Translations under genes and position numbers: made by a program
Assembly (NCBI GenBank): GCA_040285825.1
Contig: JAUPSS010000002.1
Coordinates: forward strand, 2,294,001 to 2,358,000
Length of the DNA: 64,000 nucleotides
Source of the DNA: Eukaryota sp. TZLM1-RC
Taxonomy: Eukaryota; Protista; Metamonada: BaSk clade
Direction of reading: 5' to 3'
The notes under the pieces: model-generated
Seen by the model: the letters and a program-made list of their open reading frames with translations, nothing else
What the model was told of the DNA's origin: nothing
Database searches by the model: none
Shown here: positions 1 through 10,954 of the stretch, piece after piece
Numbering within the stretch: the stretch's first letter is position 1
Layout of the letters: every line of letters begins with the position of its first letter

Positions 1-10
1 ACATCATTCT

Positions 11-82
11 CTTATTTGTAAATGTAGTCGAAAAATTATGATCACTCATCTGCTGAATTGTAAACAAATTATTGCCTTTAAC
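11..82 (+). mobile_element. Short remnant of an RLE non-LTR retrotransposon zinc-finger region
   Basis: Translates as LICKCSRKIMITHLLNCKQIIAF, similar to family B LICRCKSVVTLSHILNCKYFITY (~21870). Confidence 0.45.
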
Positions 83-1256
83 TGCAGGGTAAGAGACCTA
101 TTTAATTATATTGTAATTCTCATAGAATTGAATCTTTGGTGGTCACTGATGTCCGAATCTTTTTCATGTTCAAGATGGTTTTTGTAAACACAATAAAATG
201 AAGTTAGTTTCCCAAGATTAGATAGAGCTTTTATTTCAGCGGATTTGATGTCTGTACACTCTTGTAATATTTTTACTGAATGGTTAGTTAAGTTTTAATT
301 TGGTAGTGCTCTTTCACATGGCGAGAATTTCTGAAGGAAGTAACATAGCGAACATTTAAATTGTACATTGAACAAGGTGAATGCATCCATTTGATCAAAA
401 TCAATTTTGTGGCTTTAAAAACTTAAAACATCAGAGACCTACTCCAGGTATTGGATGGATTCAATTTCTGAAATGAAATGGATTTAAAGTACTGATGATT
501 AATGAAGCTTTCACTTCAGCAAAATGACCTGTTTGTTTTGAAAAGGTTACTACGTTTTTGAGATTAACAAATCCAAGATTCTATAGAAGGGAAAAGACTC
601 CTGTTACTACGTGTCATGGTCTATTAGCTTGTAATAGTGAGAGTTGCAAACTCAGTAACAAAGGTTCAACAAAGATTTTCAATAGAAATAAGCTGGCTTG
701 TCTGAATATGTTTGCAATGGCTGAAGCCAGAATGAGAGGTAATGAAAGGCCTCAGTATCTGTGTAGTTGATAGTTTTTGTAATTGTTCCACACGAAAATA
801 GATCGTGTACTTATGGGAATTTCCCATTCGTTTTTTGGTGTTGATGTATGAAAGTGTTGGAAAAATATTTACCACATGTTTGATTATTGGGTATTTTTAG
901 ATGGCGTTGATACAATAGTATTAATAATATAAAATAGTATAGGTATGATGCGCTTATTTAAGATATTCAATGTTTTATTACTTCTTTTATTGAAATAGAT
1001 GCTTACACATAGTTGGATGATGGTACACTAAGATTTATTTTATTAAACTAATCATCACTATCATTACCACTACTAAGTTTTTTGAGATTATTCATTGTCT
1101 AATCATTAAGTGTTTTGAGAACTGCATTCATATTTTATTTCATATTTACACAGATCAATAAAAATAAGGACTAACAAGAGTAAATTGATCAAAAACAAGT
1201 AAATTGGTTTTTCGGTTTGTCCAAAAAATTCCCTCATTTTTGTGTTGCATTCAGCA

Positions 1257-4200
1257 ATGCGTTTTCCAGATTGCCTTCTTTCCAATATTAGGCCCCTTAT
1301 AGCTTTGTATGGTTCCACTGAACTTCATGAACGTTTTATTTCATCATCTCCCCACATTAATTTTCTTTCTATTGACGATGAATGGAATCACCCTGCTCCC
1401 TTGACCAAACCAAACCCCGAAACTACACATTCCAAGTCTCCTCACATATTACCATCCACCTGGTTATATGATCTCATCCACTCCCTCCCTTCCTGTATAG
1501 CACTTCTTTTTTCTTTATCTACACCATCTACCGAGGTCACCCAATCCATTACTCATTTTGCTACCTCCGTGTCTTCCCATTCGGTCCGTATTGTTCTAAT
1601 TCTCACCTCTGATGGATCACATCTACGTGACTCATTCATTGAAGCAAGAAAATGTTATGAAAAACTCCTCCCAAAGTCCCACTTACTTTTACTGGATGTC
1701 GCCGCCAATTCTAGTATTGACTACACCCGAGATGCTTTGTTGAATATTGCTAAACATTATTATGAAGATGAGATTGCGGCAATTAAAAGCTATAAATCCA
1801 AAAATCAGGTTAATTTACCAAATAATGTTTTAGTTGGATTTGAATTTAAGCGCGCTGTTTTAAATTCTATAATACTCGATAAAAAGGAAAGTGATTTTCG
1901 CTACTCGAAGTGTCTAGATGCTATCAATTCATCGTCGACAATAACCCTTGAAACTGTCTTTGTTAGAACGGTTACTGTGCTGAGGTTGCTTAGTAGTAAA
2001 CTGTTACTGGGAGATTATGTATCATTTGTCGCTTTGATTCGAGATCATTTGGACTGGGGTAAGTCAACCAAGAGTGGGTTGATTAAAGAGTCAATCCGAA
2101 TGTTACTAAAAACGGAAACACTCACGTCATATGATTGCAGTCACAACAAGATTCTTTCCAAATTGGTTTCCTTACGAACTTTGACTTTATTCAAGCACTT
2201 ATTCAGCTGTTTTTGCTTTGAAATTTCCCAAATGCTGAGTAGTTCTTCTACCAAACCATCTAAAACTCACACTACCAGTTCAATTTCCAAAAGGAGATTA
2301 CAGTCTTTTCATTATGTTTTGCTTGCCGCTGATTATTGTTCAAAAAGAGATGCATTGTCAAGAGCTTTCTTGAAGGAAGTCAATCAAAGTCAAGTTGATC
2401 ACATCATCATTAAGAGCATTGATGACGTCAGACAGTCATTTATCACTGATGAGCCGGCAGTAGGTCAACACTATGTCATCTCTGCCCTTAACCCTCTTGA
2501 CCACCACATCATCCCTCCTGATTCCCTTTCCTCCCTCCCATCCACTATTGAACTTCTCACCATGGCCAGATCGTCTCTATCCTCAAAGCCTGGGATGAAA
2601 AGAGTCGAAATGAAGGTGATTTTTGATGTAGTAGTGGAGATTAGTGCGATAATTGATCCTTCAGAAGAAGTATTAGGGAAGGCAGTGGATATCGGGATTG
2701 ATTATTTAATTCCCTTTTGGTGTAGTAACTCAAACAGTTGTTTTTATTCAGTGATTGGTCATGTTTTTTGGACACTGATTTCTCTTTTTGTCAAGTATTT
2801 GTCACTGAAAGTCACTGACGAGCAGGGATCATTGACACGTGTCGATGACGTGAGACAAGCTGGAGCAAAATTATTAGTTTATCTAGGTTCTGATAGGTTC
2901 TTGGCATTTAGGAAGGCAGTCTCATTAAGCCAAGAGAATTTTGATCTTTATTACTCTATTTTTGACACTCCAGGTCATCAATTTATTTCTCTATCACCTG
3001 TTTTTTCTCCATTTAGCCTTGAATTAACCAATACTTGCAAGAATGAGATTGTTTTTCCAACAAAACTTGCTTTTTATGTCTCCCTCCAATGCTGTTCGGG
3101 CTTTCCTTTTGGTTTAAGTAGAGCGGGTTTGATTGTGTTTTTAAAAGGTCAGAACAACATTTATCAGGTCAATATAGGTCAAAAAGAATTGATTGATTTC
3201 TGTTTGATTGATTCTGTTGGTTTGTTTCAAGCAGAAAATAAAGTCACTATCAATCATTCTAACCCCAGTGTATCAGAGTCTTCAATCAAACACTTGTGCC
3301 CAGTCCAAATCAATCCAAATGATTGCAACCAACCAATCAGGGTGATCCAAGTTTATTTAATTTTATCTAATTCTTTATATTCAATTGTCAATCTTGTCCA
3401 GCATCCTATTCAGTTTTTGATTCACAACACCCCTATTAAAGCTAATTTTGAGTTGAATCGAGTTTTTCCTTTAGATGAAGATTTATTTGCTGATTATGCA
3501 TGTCTTTTCGAATTGAAACTGTTTTCTTTAGGTCACACTTTACCTAATAGTACCTTGATTATTGATTTTCATGGTCAAAATTTCAAGGCAGTTCTTAAGG
3601 ATGATCTTACAGATGTCAGTGACGAGCTTGCAAGTGTAAATGAGCTCAGCTATAGAAAATTGACCTTGTCGAATCTTTCCGTCAGTCCTGGTCGGAACCA
3701 ATCTCTTTACTTGAATTTAATGTCCACTGTTGAGCAAGAGATTTCTTTTGAAGTCAAGCTTGTATTTGACCCATCTAATCCTCACATTTTCGCTTCAAGG
3801 CAGTATTCTTTTAGATTTATCGACCCTATTAAAGTAGCTTTATCCGAACACAGAACTAATTTTGAAGTCACCCTAAGAAACCGCTCTAGTTATAGTTTTG
3901 ATGTAAACTTTCCCTTATTACAGTTGAATGAAAGAATTCCAAGTAAGAAAACCACTAATCTTGTTATTACTGACCTTGATAATGATTGTACAAGGTTGGA
4001 GTACTTTCTGAAATTAAGTTCTATTCCCAGGTTTCTGCCTTCCTGGTTTAGTCAATTGATTTCTAAAGAATTACAAGGAAGTCTTGATGTTGTTAGAAAA
4101 AATCCAGACACTAATTCCATAATTTCTGTGGATTTTAAGTTTGATAAGGTTGTCTCTTTATTTAGTGTTAATCAAATGGCAATTAATCTTCAGTGTTCAA

Positions 4201-4433
4201 TTCAGTCAATTGATTGTCTGATATCTGTTCAAAAAACCAAGGAATTTCTTTTATCTGGCCCTTCCAAAGTCTCTTTAAGTCTGAAGAAAGGTGAAGACTA
4301 TCAATTAGTTTTACACTTTGTTCCTCTTGCAACTGGTTTTCTTCAATTCCCCCGTATTTCTTTTACAAATAGTAGAAATCATAGTGCCAAGTTAACTTCT
4401 ACTAGGGTTTGTTCCATGTTTGTTACTGGTTAA
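1257..4433 (+). CDS. TRAPPC11: TRAPP complex subunit 11-like (foie gras/Gryzun) protein
   Basis: About 1058-aa intronless ORF from ATG 1257. N-terminus MRFPDCLL..RPLIALYG, the 'YYEDE...FEFKRAV' region and C-terminal LHFVPLATGFLQFPRISF resemble TRAPPC11. Confidence 0.7.
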   Translation: MRFPDCLLSNIRPLIALYGSTELHERFISSSPHINFLSIDDEWNHPAPLTKPNPETTHSKSPHILPSTWLYDLIHSLPSCIALLFSLSTPSTEVTQSITHFATSVSSHSVRIVLILTSDGSHLRDSFIEARKCYEKLLPKSHLLLLDVAANSSIDYTRDALLNIAKHYYEDEIAAIKSYKSKNQVNLPNNVLVGFEFKRAVLNSIILDKKESDFRYSKCLDAINSSSTITLETVFVRTVTVLRLLSSKLLLGDYVSFVALIRDHLDWGKSTKSGLIKESIRMLLKTETLTSYDCSHNKILSKLVSLRTLTLFKHLFSCFCFEISQMLSSSSTKPSKTHTTSSISKRRLQSFHYVLLAADYCSKRDALSRAFLKEVNQSQVDHIIIKSIDDVRQSFITDEPAVGQHYVISALNPLDHHIIPPDSLSSLPSTIELLTMARSSLSSKPGMKRVEMKVIFDVVVEISAIIDPSEEVLGKAVDIGIDYLIPFWCSNSNSCFYSVIGHVFWTLISLFVKYLSLKVTDEQGSLTRVDDVRQAGAKLLVYLGSDRFLAFRKAVSLSQENFDLYYSIFDTPGHQFISLSPVFSPFSLELTNTCKNEIVFPTKLAFYVSLQCCSGFPFGLSRAGLIVFLKGQNNIYQVNIGQKELIDFCLIDSVGLFQAENKVTINHSNPSVSESSIKHLCPVQINPNDCNQPIRVIQVYLILSNSLYSIVNLVQHPIQFLIHNTPIKANFELNRVFPLDEDLFADYACLFELKLFSLGHTLPNSTLIIDFHGQNFKAVLKDDLTDVSDELASVNELSYRKLTLSNLSVSPGRNQSLYLNLMSTVEQEISFEVKLVFDPSNPHIFASRQYSFRFIDPIKVALSEHRTNFEVTLRNRSSYSFDVNFPLLQLNERIPSKKTTNLVITDLDNDCTRLEYFLKLSSIPRFLPSWFSQLISKELQGSLDVVRKNPDTNSIISVDFKFDKVVSLFSVNQMAINLQCSIQSIDCLISVQKTKEFLLSGPSKVSLSLKKGEDYQLVLHFVPLATGFLQFPRISFTNSRNHSAKLTSTRVCSMFVTG

Positions 4434-4641
4434 TTGGTAACTCAAAATTGGTTGATTTAAAGGGTTTGTTTTTATCGTTTATGTAATTTTTTGTATTTTA
4501 TCATTATTATGGATTTAAGACTATGTTCTAAATTATCTTGTCTTTAATTCATTTGCGACATCATTTTTCAAATAAATTTTTTCAATTATTGAGATGTTAA
4601 ACAAAGTTGAAAATCAATAAAATCCTTATTCTTATATTATT

Positions 4642-5847
4642 ATGATGTCGGACTTTCATCAACTGCTCACATCTGATAAGGTGCCACTCGACAAACTCCG
4701 ACAACTTAGCTACAAGGGTCTTGGCAGTAATCATAGACTACGCTCTCTTGTGTGGTCCCTTCTGCTGGGCTCAATAACGCCTGATTCTTCTAAATGGGTC
4801 CAACATGTTCGTCAACGCAGAGCAATCTACTGTGAATATGTGCAAGATTTTTGGAAGGAAGACGGACCCCAGGAAGAGTCTGAATGTGACCATCCTCTTT
4901 CTTCCTGCACCAACTCGAGCTATGCTTCTTTCTTTGAGGACCGTCGACTATTGTATGAGATCTGCAAAGATTTGAAACGAACACATACTTCTCATCCAAT
5001 GTTTACTCTTTCCTCACACCTTACCTCTAACGACAATACACCTTCCAACACTCGAACCTCCCCCAAATCAATGTGCACCAAAACTGCTACTTTGACGGAA
5101 ACAAGCTCTACGTCTGACGGAGCCGTTGATTCTTTACTCTCCTTAATCAAATCGTCCCCTGTTCACTGTGTCTTGTTACGAGTATTATTCCTTTTTGCTA
5201 AGCTTAACCCTGCAGTGAAGTACATTCAAGGTATGAATGAACTCCTCAGTCCCCTCTTTTACACGTTTTCTTGCGCCAGGGAAGAAGAGGATGGTGTAGC
5301 AGAAGAGGAATTCTATAATGGCGGTGAATTCTTGAAACATCTGAATGTTGCCGTCACTAGTGTAGAAGCTGATGTGTTTTTTTGTTTTACCCAATTAATG
5401 TCAAGGCAGCGGGATAATTTTATAGAAAAAATGGATCATGACAGCAAGCATGGTATTAGATCAAGAATGCTGGAAATACATTCTATAATATCTCGATTTG
5501 ACCCTGATTTGCATTGTCATTTCAATAACCACAATATCGACCCTCAGTACTTTGCTTTAAGATGGGTCTCTGTACTGTTGTCCCAGGATTTTGAATTAAA
5601 TGATTGTATTAGAATTTGGGATTCGTTGTTTAGTTATTTAGATGGTGAACGGAACTTTATTTTGTATATTTGCAGTTCAATGATTTTAGAAAAGAAAAAT
5701 GAATTAATTAATGCTGATTTTGCAAATTTAATGGCTATTCTTCAACATTATCAAACTGATAATTTAGAAATCGTATTGGATGTTGCCAGAAAGTTGTATA
5801 TCAAAGATGGAGAATTGTTGGCAAGAGAACGAAATAGGTTTAGGTAA
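4642..5847 (+). CDS. TBC1D13: TBC-domain Rab GTPase-activating protein, TBC1D13-like
   Basis: Catalytic ICKDLKRT (IxxDxxR) and YIQGMNE motifs. DHPLS, AKLNPAVKY, VEADVFFCF and YFALRWVSVLLSQDF...RIWDSLF are typical of TBC1D13. Confidence 0.85.
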   Translation: MMSDFHQLLTSDKVPLDKLRQLSYKGLGSNHRLRSLVWSLLLGSITPDSSKWVQHVRQRRAIYCEYVQDFWKEDGPQEESECDHPLSSCTNSSYASFFEDRRLLYEICKDLKRTHTSHPMFTLSSHLTSNDNTPSNTRTSPKSMCTKTATLTETSSTSDGAVDSLLSLIKSSPVHCVLLRVLFLFAKLNPAVKYIQGMNELLSPLFYTFSCAREEEDGVAEEEFYNGGEFLKHLNVAVTSVEADVFFCFTQLMSRQRDNFIEKMDHDSKHGIRSRMLEIHSIISRFDPDLHCHFNNHNIDPQYFALRWVSVLLSQDFELNDCIRIWDSLFSYLDGERNFILYICSSMILEKKNELINADFANLMAILQHYQTDNLEIVLDVARKLYIKDGELLARERNRFR

Positions 5848-5892
5848 ATAAATGGAATGTAAGTTGCTGTAATGTTTCTTTTGTATAAACCC

Positions 5893-6192
5893 TCAGCTGG
5901 AAAAGGCCCAATCAACCGATATTTTGTGGGAGGCGATTGTGTAACCATCTAGATTGGTAATAGCATCTGCAGCTTCTTCTTTTGTTTCGAACTGCACAAG
6001 GCAATATGATGTCTCTGGAAGGATCGAAGAAAGGCATCGTCGAAAGGAAAACTGTTTGATATAACCAAATTGAGTGAAAAGATCATATACGTCTTCTTCC
6101 TGTGAATGGTGTGGAAGATGCGTAGCCATTAACACATATCCATCCGTAGATCGTAGTGGAGACATTTGTATTTTTTGTTCACAGTTTTCCAT
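5893..6192 (-). CDS. RBM8A: RRM protein Y14/RBM8A (exon junction complex core), short form
   Basis: RSTDGYVLMAT...EEDVYDLFTQFG...YCLVQFETKEEA...ISVDWAF matches Y14 (RSVEGWILFVT...ISVDWCF). Alternative start at 6165. Confidence 0.75.
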   Translation of the reverse strand: MENCEQKIQMSPLRSTDGYVLMATHLPHHSQEEDVYDLFTQFGYIKQFSFRRCLSSILPETSYCLVQFETKEEAADAITNLDGYTIASHKISVDWAFSS

Positions 6193-6206
6193 ATATCTTT
6201 TATTTT

Positions 6207-7187
6207 ATGAGTCTTCCCCCAATGTCTCCACGTATGAGGTCTTTACGAATGTCTCTTTTTCAAAAACCTTCTGCAGATTCTCTCAGTAATCTTTCTCCTT
6301 TGAGTTGGTCGGACTTTTTCGATTCAGCTGAGGACATCACCACATCACGAGGACCCTTTAGATTATACTCAACAACTTTTTCAACACAGAAAGCTGTTGT
6401 TTTTTCAGTTCATGGTGCATCCTATTCCTCACTGTCATTTGCTCCATTAGCGAAAAGAATGAAATCAGATTACTGCTTTTTAGCAACAGACCTTCGAAAT
6501 CATGGTGAAACTGCTGTCGATGGCCCTTTGTCTCTTCAAGACATCCTGGATGACCTGAATTCCATCATATCAAGTGTTTCCTCAAGATTTCCCAACCCAA
6601 CTAAACTATTCCTTCTCGGCCATTCTCTGGGAGGGAGCGTCATTTCTCATCTATCAAGGGAACTCTCTTGTTCCTCATTTGATTTAAGAGGTTTGGTTTG
6701 CATTGATGTCTGCGAGAACACTGCCATAGAGTCACTACCATTTCTCAAAAATTATTTGGATAATAGACCTGTTGAATTTAGATCCTTGAAAAGTGCAATT
6801 AAGTGGGCTAAGTCAAGTAAAAGTATTAATGGAGAGGAAGCGCTCAGGGTTCATGTTCCTTCCTTACTCAAACCAACTGATAAAGGAACGTTGGTGTGGA
6901 GAGCAAGTTCGTCAATGTTGTTGGATAACGAGTGTTATTGGAAGCAATGGTTTGAAGGATCTTTTAGAAGATTTGTTGAATTTTCAAATGGTAAATTGAT
7001 GGTTTTGGCCAATATTGATAGACTTGATAGAGACGCAACTATTCAGCAGATGGCAGGAAAGTTTCAAGTTGAAGTGGTTAGAAACGTTGGACATAGTGTT
7101 CATGAAGATGCTCCTGATAATGTTGCTCAGATTCTGCAGGTTTTTTTCGAAAGGTATTCAAAAGACTTGCCGTTTGTTAATAAATGA
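6207..7187 (+). CDS. PPME1: Protein phosphatase methylesterase 1 (alpha/beta hydrolase)
   Basis: HGA, DLRNHG and GHSLGG nucleophile elbow. RLDRDATIQQMAGKFQVEVVRNVGHSVHEDAP matches the PME-1 C-terminal signature. First ATG at 6207. Confidence 0.9.
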   Translation: MSLPPMSPRMRSLRMSLFQKPSADSLSNLSPLSWSDFFDSAEDITTSRGPFRLYSTTFSTQKAVVFSVHGASYSSLSFAPLAKRMKSDYCFLATDLRNHGETAVDGPLSLQDILDDLNSIISSVSSRFPNPTKLFLLGHSLGGSVISHLSRELSCSSFDLRGLVCIDVCENTAIESLPFLKNYLDNRPVEFRSLKSAIKWAKSSKSINGEEALRVHVPSLLKPTDKGTLVWRASSSMLLDNECYWKQWFEGSFRRFVEFSNGKLMVLANIDRLDRDATIQQMAGKFQVEVVRNVGHSVHEDAPDNVAQILQVFFERYSKDLPFVNK

Positions 7188-7709
7188 ATTTTTAGACTCA
7201 ACTACATTTCAGTAAAGTCTGATTCACACCACAAAAGATATGATAAATGCCATTCCTAAAGTTTCATTACGTTATTTGTTAATTATATTTGATTATTCTA
7301 AATTAATTTTTCCTTAAGTTAATTCTAAATAATTGGCAACACTCTTATACGTGATTTGAAATTACCTTCATTGTACAATCACAATGGTTAGAATTGGATT
7401 ACAAACTGACTCATTTACATGTAAATGTTTTGCATTCTATGCTGATAAGCTGTAACAGTGAAATTCACCATTAAATTCTTTTTATTGTTTGTTTCTAACA
7501 CAAACAATAATTAAATGTACTATTATGTTTATGAAGGATCATTATTACTGTTGATTCATTGATTACAAGGGTTGTTCATCAAGTCCTACAATAGATTTGG
7601 AGAATGAATGTCTCTTATTTAAGGTGGGAACATACTGGTGCTGTTTCCAGAATCAAATATTTAAATCGACAAAAACTCACATTCTCTTTCTGTTCTTGTT
7701 CAACGAACA

Positions 7710-9836
7710 ATGGCTTGGGATCACGAGCTATTAACGCCTACTGTCACGTCGTCCGTCAGCAAACTTGGCACTGATGCTTTCGTCTCACTCACACTTCCGA
7801 ACGATCTTCTCAGAACACCCACCACTTTCGTTTTTGTATGTGACATTTCTGGTAGTATGGGATCTCTTGCATCAATTCCTGATCCAGAATCTGGAGAAAT
7901 CGATGGATTCACTCGTCTAGACTTGGTTCGCCATACCCTCCATACCGCTGTTGAAGTGATGAACGAGCAGGACAGTGTCGCACTAGTCTCGTTCCACACC
8001 AATGCTGATGTTGTTGTTCCTTTTACAAACATTTCTGATGGTACCAAAGCTGATATCAAGACAAAGATCGATCAGCTTCGTCCCCGTGGTTCTACCAACA
8101 TTTGGTTGGGTCTCAAAAAGGGTTATGATATCTGTATTGAAGCCCATCGCCAGTCTCCCAACTCTCAGATTTGCCTGCTTTTGTTGTCCGATGGTGCTGA
8201 AACATGCAGCCCACCAAGTGGTCTCTTCAATACTGTCAGTAAAATGGTTAGCAAGACCCCCAACATTGCTACTCTTTCTTGCATCGGCTTTGGTTATGAT
8301 TTGGATATTCAACATTTACTCAGAATCGCTAATCATTGCAATGGTATTTATGGTTTTATTCCTGATGCTTCCATGGTGGGTACAGTATTCATTAATTATC
8401 TTTGTAATGCGTTGGCAACTCACATATGGGGCTGTAATGTTGTCTTGATTATTTATGACTCAAATGCTGAGAGCGAAGTCAGATTAGAACAGTCTGTTCC
8501 GTTTCTACAAGGGGGAATTGCTAAAAATGTTGCATTCAAACTACCATCAGATTCTTCTCATATTTTGAATATTTCTGTAATTGACCCAAGAACTGAAGCT
8601 ACATTGTTGAATGTAGATGATCCAGAAACCAACGATGCTGCTGCTGTTCAAAAACATCGTATTTCTCTTGTAGAATGTCTTGAATCTTTACACAATGACC
8701 CTAGCAGAAACCCTGAAGTCGTTAATCAAGTCGCTCAGTCTCTGAAGAACTCTCCAGAAGCAGACGACCCACTTGTGCAGGGTTTCATCGGTGATTTAGA
8801 AGGTGAGGTTGTCAAAGCTGTGGAGCAAGATAACTTTGAAAGATGGGGTCAATACTATTTGCCTGCACTTGCAGGTGCTCATAGACTTCAGTACTGTGCC
8901 AATTTTAGAGATCCTGGTGTTCAACTATACGCCTCTCCCTTGTTCAATGAAATTAAGTCAGTAGCTGATGAAATCTTTTGCAACCTCGAACCTCCTGAAC
9001 CCTCTGCTGCTTCTTATGCTAGAATGCTTACCGTACAACCTAGGAATTCTAGGTCACCACAAGCTGTGCATAGTATGCCACGACAACCTAGGAGGCAACC
9101 TACCCATAGCACAAACTTTAATTTCGGTATGTCACCAATGGTACTTGGCGCACCGTCAGATGATTGTGAGCACACGGCACCACCGGTTTTTCCATCTTTC
9201 GGACAAATGCCCTTACAATGCCGGTCATCAATGCCTGATATCATCAATGTGATATGTGATGAAGACAGTGATGAAGACTGTGTTATGCAATGTACCGCTC
9301 CCAACACAGAGGCATCCAGGTCAAGATCTATGAGGTCCTACTACGATACATCTGGTGTTTGCTTTGCTGGAGAATGTTTAGTGGATACTGCGAATGGTTT
9401 AAAAAGAGTTGATGAACTGAAGAAGGGTAGCGTTCTGTCCAATGGTAGCACTGTCGTATGTGTAGTCAAGAGTGTGTGTAAGAAACAAACCGAGTTGGTG
9501 TCCATTGGAGAGTTGATGATAACACCTTACCATCCGTTGTTAATTGATGGTGATTGGAAGTTTCCTATTGGCATTGCTGAATCCAAAGTGATGGATGTAG
9601 ATTATGTTTATAATTTTGTTTTAGATTCTAATCACACCATGACTGTTTCTGGTTTTGAATGTGTTACGCTTGGCCATGGTCTGTTTGTCAATGAAGTTGT
9701 CTCTCATGAATATTTTGGAGATAGAGTTGTAGATGACTTGCGTTCAATGCGTGGATTCGAGAATGGAATTGTTAGCGTGGAAGGTGTTGAAAGAAATGTC
9801 AGTGATGGGCGTATTTGTGGTCTAGTGACAATTTAA
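7710..9836 (+). CDS. VWA-Vwaint-Hint (Vint) protein, putative autoprocessing
   Basis: VWA MIDAS DISGS..T..SDG; Vwaint region RWGQYYLPAL..AHRLQYCANFRDPGVQ; Hint domain starting CFAG (Cys codon 9360) with ITPYHP and VYNFVL..H....CVTLGHG. Confidence 0.88.
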   Translation: MAWDHELLTPTVTSSVSKLGTDAFVSLTLPNDLLRTPTTFVFVCDISGSMGSLASIPDPESGEIDGFTRLDLVRHTLHTAVEVMNEQDSVALVSFHTNADVVVPFTNISDGTKADIKTKIDQLRPRGSTNIWLGLKKGYDICIEAHRQSPNSQICLLLLSDGAETCSPPSGLFNTVSKMVSKTPNIATLSCIGFGYDLDIQHLLRIANHCNGIYGFIPDASMVGTVFINYLCNALATHIWGCNVVLIIYDSNAESEVRLEQSVPFLQGGIAKNVAFKLPSDSSHILNISVIDPRTEATLLNVDDPETNDAAAVQKHRISLVECLESLHNDPSRNPEVVNQVAQSLKNSPEADDPLVQGFIGDLEGEVVKAVEQDNFERWGQYYLPALAGAHRLQYCANFRDPGVQLYASPLFNEIKSVADEIFCNLEPPEPSAASYARMLTVQPRNSRSPQAVHSMPRQPRRQPTHSTNFNFGMSPMVLGAPSDDCEHTAPPVFPSFGQMPLQCRSSMPDIINVICDEDSDEDCVMQCTAPNTEASRSRSMRSYYDTSGVCFAGECLVDTANGLKRVDELKKGSVLSNGSTVVCVVKSVCKKQTELVSIGELMITPYHPLLIDGDWKFPIGIAESKVMDVDYVYNFVLDSNHTMTVSGFECVTLGHGLFVNEVVSHEYFGDRVVDDLRSMRGFENGIVSVEGVERNVSDGRICGLVTI

Positions 9837-10954
9837 TTTTGAAGTTGAATTTTGTTGTAAATAAAGAGTAGTTGATAAAGATTAAACGACCTTTTTAAAT
9901 AATAAGAACCATTTTTAAGTGTATATGGTTCTCCCTCTTGCGTTTTTTGTTGCTCCTCTTTCTCCTTTAAGTTGGTCCTAAACTACCATTTCCAACACCC
10001 AACCGCTACTAAGTATACTCGAAAATGATCAAAATCCCTATCTATTTGTATTTTTATTTATTTTTGGTTCATTTTCATCCTTTGGAAAAAGATTTTATAG
10101 TGCAAACAAAATGTTGATCTCCTTGAACCTGTATTCTGGAACCTTTGAGGGAACAAATGTGTTTGGAACCAGATGATGTTGATGGCAGCAAGAAGAAGAA
10201 TTTCCAAGGAAACCAAGAATTACTTCTCAATAAGAATGTCTGTTGTTTCTTAACAAGAATGTTTGAGAAGACAGATTTCGATGTTTTCTGAAATGTTGGA
10301 ATGTACCTTATACTAGCACATTATGTACCCATTATGGTATGGTGAGTAACAAATGGCGACTAAAGAAATTTTCGTTTTTTGAAGCTTCTATATTATATGT
10401 CCTAACTGCGCCATATTTTACTAATCAATAATTTTTTCGAAATTCAGAATGATAAATAAATCATGGATATCAACAGATAGATCGATCTGTTAGAGAAATA
10501 GTTTTTTTTACAACCGTTGGTCCGGTAGCTTTCGTCTGGAAAAGGTTGATCAGGTTTGTGTTGTTTTCGATCGCTGTGGGCTACAATAAATATTTGTCTG
10601 AAGTTTTAGCTCAATACAAAGATGTATTCAGTGAAAAGCCCAATAAAGATGGAATCGATTTTCCGTCATGACAATTCCCTTATACAACACCAACACTTTA
10701 GTACATAAACCAGCACAGTGTTAAGGGAGTGGTGAAATTTATGTCTGATTCACTTTTTTCATTTGTTAAACTTCCTGAATTTTTAGTAATAAACTGTTTC
10801 GTTGTGTCGGAGGCAGGTTTTGAGAACTTCGAGCTTTATTGGTGTATTTGATATTTTTATTTTTATTCGTTATTCAATAAATAGTGTTGGATTGAGGAAA
10901 TGTAAATTCGTTCTGACTCACAACTAAATGACAGTTTAGGCAACACTTTGAATT

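Noticed and set aside
558-1318. Short ORFs of about 70 aa upstream of TRAPPC11
   Set aside because: No recognisable motifs; likely spurious in AT-rich or decayed sequence.
10719-10945. Possible solo LTR (TGTT...GGCAACA) next to a gypsy-like remnant (QYKDVFSEKP, ~10612)
   Set aside because: No TSD, no second copy in the window and no junction palindrome; support is too weak.
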